A stretch of 63,935 bases of DNA, filler included, from Octopus bimaculoides (Eukaryota), in NCBI RefSeq assembly GCF_001194135.2. It is 3 parts of 3 records of this genome, joined end to end, with 100 filler letters (N's around TTAATTAATTAA, not from the genome) between each part and the next. Parts side by side here need not be neighbours in the genome. Positions count along the whole stretch, not along the records: positions 1 to 30,470 come from NC_068992.1; 2 more parts are not named here. One strand, written 5' to 3'. Made by a program: the position numbers and the translations under genes. Each line of letters begins with the position of its first letter. Positions within the stretch are counted from its first letter, which is position 1. Under the pieces are notes generated by a model. The model was given only the letters and a program-made list of their open reading frames with translations, made no database searches and was not told where the DNA came from. Shown in pieces: positions 12,215 to 24,624 of this stretch.

Positions 12215-12560
12215 TACGTGCCAGCAAAATTTGAGCCAGTGAAATGCCCTGAGGTATTATATATTGAATGCCCTGAGGTATCATATATTGAATGCCCTGA
12301 AGTGTTATATATTGAATTTAATCCTCGAATTTATATCCAGATTGAAAGACTTAGTTTCTTCAACAAAGGTCACTGGCACCGACAAAGTTATCTATCAATG
12401 GATTGTTGTGATGCACACTTACGTAAAGTTTTATGCTATGTTGTGGTGACATCTCGACAAGCAGTACAGAGGAAGTACTTACAACAATCAAAATTCTGGT
12501 AGTCAAGAAGACCCAATGGCTACTCAGCGACTTCAGCCACAGCAGAGACTGACTCCACTA
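12215..12560 (+). mobile_element. Decayed LINE ORF1-like fragment with a 24-nt unit repeated three times
   Basis: KCPEVLYI-ECPEVSYI-ECPEVLYI-EFNPRIYIQIE, then a degenerate knuckle-like segment; shares a 26-nt block with 14082-14107. Confidence 0.4.
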
Positions 12561-12593
12561 TGTAGCCCAAAATCATGATGACACCATCCGTTA

Positions 12594-13403
12594 TTGTTTT
12601 TGTTTGCATACAGAGTCAAGCCCGTATTTTCATATACCAACTGCTCTGAGGTAGTTACCCGGGAGGTTTTATGTTGTGGCTTACATAATCATGAAACACT
12701 TCAGCTGGACAGCATTAGGTATAGAAACCAACCAAAATATGTCTTTAAAACAAGTATTTCAATTTATTCAGGCTAAAGCAGTTATAAGATTAGGTTGGGT
12801 GTTAATATAAAGAACCATGATCAAGTATTCTTTCATAAATCAGATATCTTCTCTTACTGTAGTAAGAAGGGTTGCGGAAGTCACTCTGTTGCGAAAGTGA
12901 GAACTGATCAATGTGCAATCAATGAACATATGTGCGCGTTTTTTAACTCTTAACTAAAAGGTGAAGAAGGAATGTTACCTAAACGAAGGAAATCAGCAAA
13001 ATAAACTGCAAGTGCTATTTGTAATTCTTTATGTACAACAGTCTATCATCATAAAGATTATTTTCGATCAATTGCCATTGATTATCATTTAAACATTAAC
13101 ACACAAACATTTAGATATAGTGACTTTCAAAATCTCAGCCATGCATAAAAATCACTGTAACAACAAATCGTTGAATCTTTGAATTCTTTGAACTTGGTCA
13201 AGGCATTAACCATAAACCTAAAACAGCAGTTATTCCTGCTATGTTTGACACTAGTAGTTATTTATCTAATGTTAAAGGAATCTATACACTTGGTTTGCAA
13301 AAATCACTTCAGTCTTTTGAAGATGAAAACGCATGCAGCAAATCGGAAAGGCATCTTAATTCTTAGAGCTGTAATCTTATGCTTTCTGAGAGAGAAACAG
13401 TAG
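12594..13403 (+). pseudogene. Decayed long reading frame of unknown origin
   Basis: One frame runs 270 codons with only 5 internal stops, all TAA. Confidence 0.35.
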
Positions 13404-13689
13404 AAACTTGCCAGGTCACTTATGTCACTAATACTATCAATACCATGTTCACCAGTGATATAAGCATTGATCAAGAAATAATCTCAAAATATCTTTTTTA
13501 TTGGGGGTTGTTTCGATGCTATTACTGTGATAACCAATAAAGAGAAAATTAACAAAGAAGCAGACATTGTCCTCATCATAACACTGCACCTTCCCAACCA
13601 CCGTTTTTATCGCAAAGGCTGCCTTTTCGGAGGAAGAAAAAGTACAGAGGAAATGATAAAGCAATATTTAATAAAATTATTAAAAAGTC

Positions 13690-14220
13690 AAGACGCTACT
13701 TAATGTGAAGATGGAGTAGCTGGTAATGGTTGTGGGGAAAATGAAATACGAAAATGAACACGAAATCCACCTTCAGGGTAAACTGATCATTGTCAACCCT
13801 CGAAGAACTGATATTAACAACAGTAGCCAGACCTACTGAAAATCCCCGATGTCGTTTCCTTCAAGGAATGAGATTCAGAGTTATGTAGTGATGGAGGGCA
13901 GAAGGCACAAATACTACACTGTGGGATAAAAACCGCTTGGGAGCTCTTTTCCTTGCGATGAAATATGCAACGCCTCCCTTTGCAACAAGAACCTGTGACA
14001 CAAAAGCAGCAATAGGAGCTATTAAAATAGTGGAAATAGCATCACTACGATCAGTAGCAGCAGCAAAAACGACAACTGCAGCAGCGACTTCAGCCACAGC
14101 AGAGACTCACTACACCTGCTCCACTACCAATGAAAAGGATGTCAAATGAGCACCCTGTCCCTAAACAAGATGAAGTCAAACAACAAATTATACAAACAAA
14201 CAACCAAATACGTCTTCCGA
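13690..14220 (+). mobile_element. Decayed LINE ORF1 (gag-like zinc-knuckle region plus Ala/Thr-rich tail)
   Basis: YVVMEGRRHKYYTVG* resembles the VxEGRRPxCxxCG knuckle lead-in; followed by GCA/ACA-rich low complexity. Confidence 0.5.
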
Positions 14221-14755
14221 TATTATCGCAAGTTTCTTTAANNNNNNNNNNNNNNNNNNNNNNNNNNNNNNNNNNNNNNNNNNNNNNNNNNNNNNNNNNN
14301 NNNNNNNNNNNNNNNNNNNNNNNNNNNNNNNNNNNNNNNNNNNNNNNNNNNNNNNNNNNNNNNNNNNNNNNNNNNNNNNNNNNNNNNNNNNNNNNNNNNN
14401 NNNNNNNNNNNNNNNNNNNNNNNNNNNNNNNNNNNNNNNNNNNNNNNNNNNNNNNNNNNNNNNNNNNNNNNNNNNNNNNNNNNNNNNNNNNNNNNNNNNN
14501 NNNNNNNNNNNNNNNNNNNNNNNNNNNNNNNNNNNNNNNNNNNNNNNNNNNNNNNNNNNNNNNNNNNNNNNNNNNNNNNNNNNNNNNNNNNNNNNNNNNN
14601 NNNNNNNNNNNNNNNNNNNNNNNNNNNNNNNNNNNNNNNNNNNNNNNNNNNNNNNNNNNNNNNNNNNNNNNNNNNNNNNNNNNNNNNNNNNNNNNNNNNN
14701 NNNNNNNNNNNNNNNNNNNNNNNNNNNNNNNNCCACACCCCCACCCCCACACACG

Positions 14756-14810
<55 letters not shown>

Positions 14811-15074
14811 ATACACATACATATGTATAAATTCATTTAAACATATACACATACACACATACATATATATACTTATATATGCATGCATACATTAATACCC
14901 TTACACGCGAACACACGGACAAACACACACACGCGCGCACACATACATACGTATATGTACATCATTTGGGAAAACGATAAAGAATCCTTTAAACGTGTTG
15001 TAGATTATAATAATGATGCTTCAGAGAGAGAGAGAGAGAGAGAGCAAACTCAAATAATAAATAAAATATACATC

Positions 15075-15472
15075 GGTGCAAGCGTAGGTGTGGCTGCATC
15101 GTTAGAAGTTTACTTCCCAATCACATCGTTTTGGGTTCAGTCCCACTACGTGCCACTTGAGGCAAGTATCTTCTACTACAGCTCGCAGCCAATCAAGGTC
15201 TTCTAAGTGGATTCGGTAAGCGAAAACTGAAAGAAGCTCTTCGTACGTGTGTGCGTGTGCGTGTGTTTGTTTATATGTGTGTACCTTTGTGTTTGCACAC
15301 CACAACCGCTTAACAGACACTCACATAACCTACCCGTTCGGCAAAAGTTTCCGATAGAATAAGCATAAGACTTAAGTACTGAAGTCGATTTGTTCGACTA
15401 AAATCTTTCGAGGTGGTGGCCCGGTATGGTTGCAAGTCCAATGACTGAAACAAGCCAAAGAGAAAAGATAAA
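15075..15472 (+). mobile_element. CORE-type SINE, diverged
   Basis: Collinear with 16161-16572. Confidence 0.8.
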
Positions 15473-15776
15473 GAAGATGCCCGACATCATAACAATACAA
15501 AAGCCCCCCACCCTGCCCCAAATACAAAACCAAAAACATAAACAAAAAGTAGAAACAGATTTTATTTGGTTCAAACTTCGCTTCGGTTTATATCTGTTTA
15601 AATGTGTTTTGCCAGATAACTGCTTCTGTCATCCTATATACAGATGCTATCCATACATCCACCCATATCAGAAACTTTAATGTATATAACTCTTTCTTCT
15701 ATAGCAGTAGTTCTTAATCATTTTTTGTCTGTGGACCCTTTTGACTCCTATTTTACTCTACTGGCCCCTCATAACC

Positions 15777-17866
15777 TGTTGTGGAAGGATTCCGACCAAC
15801 CCACCAAGTAATTAAAGATTGACTGACTCATTGTTATAAAATAGAGAACTATGAGCGATTGGAAAATTCGCATCGGTTAGCAGTTCACTGTTGATTGAGA
15901 GCGGTGAGTCTCGTATATTAGTAATCGTATTGCGTCGTGAGCCGTTGCTTGAGAGCGTTGAGTCTCGTATTGCGTCGTGTAAATATTTCTTTCTCCCTGC
16001 TTCGTTAAGTTATATATTCAACACCAGGATATAAAAGTAACGACGAGGCTGAGATAAAAAAATGTTTTGTGTAATGTCATACGTGAACTAGCAGTTACTT
16101 TACAAGACAAAATTAAAATCGGAAAACGATAAATTCATTTAAAAAAATGGAAGAAATACAGGCGTAGGAGTGGCTGTGTGGTAAGTAGCTTGCTTACGAA
16201 CCACATGGTTCCGGGTTCAGTCCCACTGTGTGGCACCTTGGGCAAGTGTCTTCTACTATAACCTCGGGCCGACCAAAGCCTTGTGAGTGGATTTGGTAGA
16301 CGGAAACCGAAAGAAGCCCGTCGTATATATGTACATATTTATGTATGTGTGTGTATATGTTTGTGTGTCTGTGTTTGTCCCCCCAACATCGCTTGACAAC
16401 CGATGCTGGTGTGTTTACGTCCCCGTAACTTAGCGGTTCGGCAAAAAAGACCGATAGAATAAGTACTAGGCTTACAAAGAATAAGACCCAGGGTCGATTT
16501 GCTCGACTAAAGGCGGTGCTCCGGCATGGCCACAGTCAAATGACTGAAACAAGTAAAAGAGTAAAAGAGTAAAGAGAGCACAAATGCAAACCATTTCTCG
16601 ATGTGTTACAATGTGTTGAAGTCTGCACAAAGAGTCGTACTGCCAGCCACACTACAAAAGATATTATTAAAGAAATTTCACATTGGTCACCCAGGGATTT
16701 CGAGAATGTAATCGTTAATGAAAAGTTATGCATTTTGGTCAACAATGGACCGTGACATTTAAGAATCAGTGAAAACATGCAGAAGGTGTGCCTTAGCTGC
16801 AAAAGCACCTACCCCTAAATGGCAACCGTGGCCAAAAATAGATATTCCATGGTTCATACTACATGTTGATTACGCAGGTCCACTTAGGGGGGCAAATTAT
16901 CTTGTATAGTATTCCTGGTACCATTGTGCCTGATAATGGAACTCAATTTACGTCAAACGAGTTCAGAAAATTTTGTAAAATGTTCGTCATCGGTCAAATG
17001 GACAAGCGGAGCGTTTTGTTAACACTTCCAAGAGGGAATTGAAAAAGGCGATGTAATGGAGTAATGAAGCAATGGACGATCTTGCATTTCAGCAGTTTCT
17101 AAGAGTGTACCGAGTAACATCTAATCCGAATGTCCTGTTTGGAATGTCAACCGCAGAATTAAAGCTTGCAAGAAAGATCAAATCCGTTTTTGATATGTTG
17201 ATACCGAGTGAAAATAGAAAAAAAGGAGAACAACAGACATACTTTAAAATTCTTCAAGTTAGGTGACAAAGTTCCTTTTTAAGACCTAAAGATATGCTAA
17301 AGAAATCTGGGAGGACGGCGTTATAATTAAACAAATTGGAAGAATGTTATTCTTGTTAAAAGGTAAAAATGTCGAACATAAAAGACACATTAACCAACTT
17401 AAAAAATAAATTCAAAGAAAAAAACAGTCACGAGAAATGAAATCTCCATGGAAGTATTGTACGACACGTTTGAAGTACTAACACTCGAACAGTTTGTAAC
17501 TACACGTTCTACACGTTCTAGCACCAGAAAACGGAAAAAAAACGGGAACATTGGGATCGAACCCTAAGCGTAAGAGATATTAAAACTCTGAGCAGAGTTT
17601 AATTCTCAAAAGAGAAGTTAGGGGAGACTAATTTTAAAGCGGGGAGATGTTGTGGAAGGATTCCGACCAACCCACCAAATGACTAAAGGTGGATTGATTC
17701 ATTGTAATAAAATAAAGAACTGTGAGCGATTGGCAATTCGCATCGGTTAGCAGTTCACTGTTGATTGAGAGCGGTGAGTCTCGTATAATAGTAATCGTAT
17801 TGCGTTGTGTAAATATTTCTTTCCCCTTGCTTCGTTAAATTATATATTCAATACCAGGATATTAAA
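15777..17866 (+). mobile_element. Ty3/gypsy LTR retrotransposon, internally deleted, both LTRs present
   Basis: LTRs at 15777-16036 and 17648-17866; TAACC TSD at 15772-15776 and 17867-17871; PBS-like gtaacgacgagg; PPT ggggaga; integrase remnants HVDYAGP, DNGTQFTS and FLRVYRVTSNP. Confidence 0.92.
16161..16572 (+). mobile_element. CORE-type tRNA-derived SINE, full length, nested in the gypsy element
   Basis: tRNA-like head, CORE-like caccttgggcaagtgtctt, central microsatellite and aaaagag tail. Confidence 0.9.
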
Positions 17867-18024
17867 TAACCATTCAATGGTTTAAAAAGATCCTATTATA
17901 TTTTTATAATTAAATATTATTAGGAATTGTATAAAAAAGTTTTGTGTATAGTAGAAGTACAACCGATAGATAATAACAACAAAATACTATGTGGGCCCCC
18001 AAGGGCCATATGGACCTATAGACC

Positions 18025-18185
18025 TGATATTTTGGGGGAGGGATGTAGCCGATTACATCGACTCTAGTGCTGAACTAGTACTCATTCTATCGACCCCCAA
18101 AGGATGAAATACAAAGTCGACCTCGGCAGAAAATGAAGCTAAGCATTTCGCCCAGCGTGCTAACAGTTCTGCCACCTCGCTACCT
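18025..18185 (-). mobile_element. Meta-like SINE
   Basis: atcgacccccaaaggatgaaatacaaagtcgacctcggc. Confidence 0.75.
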
Positions 18186-18899
18186 AACTCTTTAGTATGT
18201 ATAAAACCAAAATTATCTCAAGTTCTACTACCTGGAGATATCCCCATTAGGAACTTTTCCTCTTTAAATATTTTTGTAACCACATTGTTTCTGTTGTAAA
18301 TCTTAGTACACGTGCAAAGCCCTATGCATGCTTCTGTTTTCTACCAATGTCTTTTTTACTTTTACTGTAAGCAGTTGTGGCCAATAAAGAAGCGATCGTC
18401 ATTACGAGTAGCTCGTAATTTCATTAATTGAGCAGCAATTATAACAAAGGTATCAGTAAAATAACATAATATAAAATAACATAATATAATATAATATAAT
18501 ATAATATAATAAAATGACATAATATAACAGTAAAATATTATGTAAAGTAACATAATATAATAAAATAAAAAAATTAGCAACGGCAGTAGCAGCAGGAACG
18601 CCAGTAACAGCAACAGTAGCAGCAGAAACAGCAGCAGCAATGACAACATAGCTGTAACATCAGTTACAGCAGTAGTAACAACAACAACAACAACTCCATC
18701 AACAGCAACAAAAGACGATAGCAAGACATCGTCAGAACGCAAGCCAAGAATACCACCAACGGCAACAACAACTACAAGGCTTTCTACACAGGAATTTTTC
18801 AGTATCTTCCTACAAGATGAGAAGGTGAAATCAGAAGACGTCGCTCGATTAATGGAAAATTGAGGGGAAAAGGGCATACTTTATTCTGCTCCTTAAAAT

Positions 18900-19700
18900 T
18901 CTAATTGCAACATCTATAAAGACTGTTTTATGCCGCTGCATGAATTTAACAACTTGTCACCTGTAGACGGCCACAGCAGCCTGTCAATAGAGCAATGTGG
19001 TCAGTGAGTTCTATGGTGTGTTATAGAGAATTAGTGGTGCGACGTTTACGGGGAAAGAGCGACGTCGTCCACGGCGAAACTCTGAGTGTTAATTAGAATC
19101 AACTGGCTGGTCTTTTCTGGGGAAATTTTAAGCCAGGGCCCATGACTAATTTCCAGCTATCCCTGACCTGGCCTGGGAAGATTGCTGGCTTGAGATGAAC
19201 TCTACAGGTATGGTAGTGCCGTCACCCGAGCCTCCACAAAGTGCACATAGAACGACGTAACCATCGCAGCAGTTGTGTGGAAGGCGAGACTGAAAAGACT
19301 AAATGAGGTATTTTCGGCCAAGCCCTTACGACCATTTGAAGTTCCACTTTAAAAAGGAAAGTCAGTGCGGAGAGGAAGATGCTTTCCCCACTCCAGAAAT
19401 TTGTTGAAAAGTGGATGATTGTAGTGAGGATGGCCCGAATGAACCGAATCTAAGCACGTGTCTGCAGTTCGAAAGGTACGAAAGAAAGAGGAGTATTTGC
19501 TATGGCACTCTTGGTGATCAGGGTTCCTCGGGATCAGTGGGGTTCCTTGCTAACCCTTGGCCGGCCTTTTCCCGCTATTGGGTAATTGTGTTGTTATAAT
19601 TCTCTTGTTAATTGTTATTGTTCTTATTCTTCACACGTGTTTATGTAAATTCGCATTGCCCTTTGTCTAAATGTTTTTTAGGCCCTTGTGGCCAATAAAG
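18900..19700 (+). mobile_element. Tx1/L1-like LINE ORF2 C-terminus and 3' UTR
   Basis: Degenerate HF*KGKSVRRGRC / LSPLQKFVEKWMIVVRMARM C-terminal region ending in gcccttgtggccaataaag. Confidence 0.6.
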
Positions 19701-19890
19701 TATTAGTATCATTATAATTTTCTTTTAAGTATTTATCCTTGCATCTTCTCCAAGTTTGTATTCTTGATAATTGCATTAATGTTATCATATTAGCAGATTA
19801 GAATTTGTGTGTTCTTGTATTTCTTACTTTTGTTTGTTTTTTCCTTTCTTCCCTTCTTTCTTTTCTTCTTTGTTCGTTTTTTTATTTTCG

Positions 19891-19892
19891 TT

Positions 19893-19963
<71 letters not shown>
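19891..19963. repeat. (TTTC)n microsatellite
   Basis: Visible. Confidence 0.95.
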
Positions 19964-19964
<1 letters not shown>

Positions 19965-20499
19965 ATCACGGTAATACGTAAGCCTTCAATGTTTCCAAAG
20001 ATCAAATTTCCCTCAAACATTGCTTGAACCAATCCAGTTTTGTATAAAAACGAACATTTAATTTCTTTAAACTTTCTTCCCCTTTCTTTAAGACTCTCCA
20101 TCAATTGCTAGCAAGCTTTTGTTTTCTTTCTTCAACAAATAGATAAATCTGGATTAATTACAATGTTTTACACACGTCATTCAGTCTATCACCTCCACCT
20201 ACTCGAATTATCTATATTCATGAAAATAGCCTACTTGAATTATTTCCGTTAGATCACTATTTATAATTAAGTTAAATTTTATCCTTAGGTTATGATATTT
20301 TGTTATGCTTTATTTCCTTCTGTAACCATAGAAAATAACTTGAGTAATGATGCATTATGCTCATTCTAACATTATATTTTTTCTGCAAATCGTGAATACA
20401 TAAGGATTTAAAAATATCCTCGTCTGTTGGTATCCTTTTTCGTCGTGGAGCCATCGTAATTGTCAAATTAATAATCATGATAAAGAAATAACCTCAGCT

Positions 20500-20543
<44 letters not shown>

Positions 20544-20555
20544 TAATAATAATAA

Positions 20556-20760
20556 TCAAAGACAACAATTATTCCTGTAGTGAGTAGTGCACTTAGCACA
20601 ACATCGAAAATGCCACCTAAAAGATTAAAAGAGATTTAAAGTGAAACTCGTATTGTCGACCTGCAGAAAAATACCTACCTATATTCTGTAAGAATCCTAA
20701 GAAAGATTCATGAAATCTGAGGAGACTTGTTGCCACCAAATATCAGAATAAAATACTTGT
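20556..20760 (+). mobile_element. Dong-like LINE 3' end following (AAT)n
   Basis: KTTIIPVVSSAL ... LQK..YL.SVRILRKIHEI*, directly after the (AAT)n array at 20493-20555. Confidence 0.65.
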
Positions 20761-21412
20761 TAACTGAAATAAACTATAGTTAAAATGCCGAAAGAGAACT
20801 GACAAGAATTTTATAACCGAAATGGTGCATAGCCTCCGATCACAAATTAGAATATTTCTAAAAACAACCGAGATCAAAGGTTTTTATAAGCTTGCTGCAT
20901 TGGCGCAAAAACTAAAATAATTTCCTTGTTTGTCAGTGATTATCAAACCGACGCCAAATACGATTGGTTGCAAAATACTTGAGCAGACGTGATGTTCAGG
21001 GATGTAACACAGGTAATGTTAATTGTAAGCGGGTTTAACTACAGACAAGGATGCTGAATGCTCAAATCTGCTATCTGCTCCACATACATACATACATACA
21101 TACATACATACAAATTGACAAACAGAAAGACATATACACATATGCACACGTGGATTCTCAAGCATGTTCAATCGCACACATACATATATGTATATGCTTA
21201 TGTGTGCATATTTGTTTGTATGTTATGATCGTATATGTATTTTCTGTAGAAGTCGGAAAGCGGAAGGATTGACATACAGGAACAAGAAGTTATGGAGGTT
21301 GTCTTTTTCGTCCTAGAACTTTTGCAGCGTAAAAAAGTGCAACGGAAATTTGTGCATTGATGTAAATCGAAACTATGCTACGGGGAGTGAATTCGTTTTG
21401 AACTTAACCAGC

Positions 21413-21454
<42 letters not shown>

Positions 21455-22432
21455 ATTTTTTACATAGATCTTTTCTATTGACTCAATAAACACATCACAT
21501 CTTACCGTCTAAAGAAAGGACTTTTTCTTTAATGTAGCCCTACATACACAAAGAACGAAAAGCTGAAATTTCTTTAAAGTTGGGTTTGATCACCCAAACA
21601 ACAACAGCAACAACAAGAAGAAAAACAGCAACAACGACAACGACGAGGAAGATAAATATGAGATAGATACGACCGGAATGCGTTTGAACATGAGTATGTT
21701 CAATTAGGGCTAACACGAACGAAACAACAGTTACAACAATGACGACCATAGTGGAGGCAGGAGCAGGGCTGCAACAACTGTTATAATAAAAGAATAGCAA
21801 CAACGGCAAAACAACAGTAAACAACCAGCTTCATATTTAATGCATGAAGACAAAAACGAAATTGTTTTACGTGAATCTCTTCTCTACTTCCGGAAATTGC
21901 TATGAAAAGAAGACAATGAATTAGAATACATAGTTTTGATAATGGTAATACTGGTAGGGTCATAGACAATAAATTTAGATTCATAACTCGAATAGTTTCT
22001 GGTAAACATGAAAGGAAGATGTGATTAAAAAATCCCACAAAAAAAGGCTAAACAAAAACAGAACGAAGCAAAACAAGATAAAAAAATACAAACAAGAAAC
22101 AAAGCAAAACAAAAAAATATCCGCTTCCTTGCAATAAAGCATCGTAGCATGAGGGTTGAATTGATAATCATTATGAATATATACATAAATATATACATAA
22201 TATATGTGTGTATATATATGTATGTATATATATNNNNNNNNNNNNNNNNNNNNNNNNNNNNNNNNNNNNNNNNNNNNNNNNNNNNNNNNNNNNNNNNNNN
22301 NNNNNNNNNNNNNNNNNNNNNNNNNNNNNNNNNNNNNNNNNNNNNNNNNNNNNNNNNNNNNNNNNNNNNNNNNNNNNNNNNNNNNNNNNNNNNNNNNNNN
22401 NNNNNNNNNNNNNNNNNNNNNNNNNNNNATAG

Positions 22433-22463
<31 letters not shown>

Positions 22464-23134
22464 TGTGTATGTATATACACACACACACATATATCGTTGC
22501 TATTATGTAAAAGTGTCGTAAGTCCAAAACGATTTTCAGTAAAAGAAAAAATAGTTTCACCATTCCATAATAAAACCACTGTAATACAATTGGGCAATTT
22601 TTGATATCTTCGCATCTGAAGCAGCCGGAGATACGATAGTTTGACCAAAAGAAGTGGCTATTGCAAGCAAAAATAAATATTGAAAAAAAAAACACATTTG
22701 ACCAAATTTGGACATACGACAGTTTGATATAATAGCAACGATATATATTTCTAATGTGTGGCTCATGAAACACTTTTGACGCTTAGGTGGTGAATTGACG
22801 GAACAGTAGGAATATTTGACCGGATGCCTTGTGTTGCTTGTTCTATCCTTTGCGTTCTGCTTCAGCGTTCAAATCCTGCAATGGCCTACTTAGGTAACAG
22901 ACTCAGTGAGTCAACTGGTTTAATACCCGAGGAGTCAGGTGCTGGCATTAGAGGTATGAGTAAGTCTACCACGTAAATAAGGTCTAAATGCGAGTATTAG
23001 TCTGGTCTCTGGTTTGAGGATACCTTCCTTGCCCCCCACAAGCCTCGGCGGGTCTGTGATGTTCCATAAGCACTGACTGCTCTCCTGACTAAAATACATT
23101 ATCAACAACAACAACAACAACTTCTAATTATAGT

Positions 23135-23346
23135 AATCTTTCCTACTATAGGCACAAGGCCTAGAAATTTTGGGGAGGGTGATAGTCAATTACATCAACC
23201 CCAGTGCATAACTAGTACTTATTTCATCGACCTTGAAAGGATGAAAGACAATTTCGAAAAGTGGAATTTGAACTCAGAATGTAAAGACAGACAAAAAGCA
23301 GCTAAGCATTTTTGCCCGGCGTGCTAACGAATCTGTCAGCTGGACT

Positions 23347-23348
<2 letters not shown>
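23135..23348 (-). mobile_element. Meta-like SINE abutting an (AAT)n array
   Basis: Full head and central domain; tail ccttgtgcctatagtagg. Confidence 0.8.
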
Positions 23349-23377
<29 letters not shown>

Positions 23378-23378
23378 G

Positions 23379-23440
<62 letters not shown>

Positions 23441-23442
<2 letters not shown>

Positions 23443-23778
23443 CTATTGTCATAGGTGCCCTGGGAATGACAGCGAAACGGGCTGATTACTACCTAGCTCA
23501 GATACCAGGAAACCCCAAAATGGCTGAAGTTCAAAAGATAGTGCTCATGGGATCTGCCCATATCCTACGTAAAATACTGTCTATGTGATCTCAAATTTTA
23601 AAACAACACATAATTTTCTTATGGTTTCTTAAACATTCTTCAGAACAACACTATGTACAAATCCAAATATATGGTACCCTAGGCATAACACCTACATGGA
23701 CTTCTAACTTGTTGTCTCTTGAGGTCTCTGGATGAGACTTGGATCCAACTTGTACAAATGCAAAGCAAAAGTCAAACA
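23441..23778 (+). mobile_element. Dong-like LINE 3' end flanked by (AAT)n on both sides
   Basis: PIVIGALGM ... VQKIVLMGSAHILRKILSM* plus 3' UTR. Confidence 0.85.
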
Positions 23779-23794
23779 TAAAATAATAATAATA

Positions 23795-24140
23795 ACAACA
23801 CTGGTACTTAATATATCGACCCCGAAAGAATGAAAGGTAAAGTCGACCTCAGCGGAATTTGAAGTCATAAGGTAAAGACAAGCGAAATGCTGCAAGGCGT
23901 TTCGCCCCGCGCTAACGATTCTACCAGAGAATTCGATCATTTCAGGTGTTCCAGTGACCACCACCCACAGAGTTTCTGGTTATCAATTTCTCTTTACAAA
24001 GCTTTTGGTCCACTCGAGGCTACAATAAAAATCATTTGTTCAAGGTGCCGCACATTAGGATCGAACCCAGAATGAGTAAGATGCGAAACAAAACTTCTTA
24101 TGCACACAGTCTTCCTTGCGACTAACCTTTTAACCATAGT
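23795..24140 (-). mobile_element. Two adjacent SINE fragments (Meta-like 23795-23925; CORE-type 23975-24140)
   Basis: Match to the other copies in this window. Confidence 0.7.
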
Positions 24141-24509
24141 GCTATGTCTGATACAATGCTTGGAAACATTCAATGCCAACAACATTTATTTAAGTTTTGT
24201 AATAGTATAGAGCAAGTATAACCCTCGTACATAGTCTGTCCCTAGCTCTTTAATAGTTTTAAAAGTGTTATTGAGATAACCAACAATGTTACAGAATTTT
24301 CTAAAAATCAAAGCTAATCTAATATGTTGTCCGACTACGATATAATGTCAAAAAGAGGCTATAAAATAAGTTACAAGCAGACATCAAACAATCAGGCAAT
24401 ATCAACGGAGTTTATATTATTAATCCTTTCATCACCACCCAATGGACTCAGTACGAAGAAGTTATCACTGACAAAACAAGAAATATGTATGAAACCACAC
24501 ACACACACA

Positions 24510-24547
<38 letters not shown>

Positions 24548-24585
24548 CTCTCTCTCTATCTCCCTCCGTCTCTCTCTCTCCCTCC

Positions 24586-24624
<39 letters not shown>

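Larger units (their letters stand above)
15705..18022 (+). mobile_element. hAT-type MITE split by the gypsy insertion (15705-15776 and 17867-18022)
   Basis: Rejoined flanks match the uninterrupted copy at 45036-45348; cagtagttcttaatc terminus. Confidence 0.7.

Noticed and set aside
12240-12320. Short direct repeats as a CRISPR-like array (also 45255-45335 and 2126-2166)
   Set aside because: Units are contiguous with no unique spacers, the DNA is eukaryotic, and there are no cas genes.
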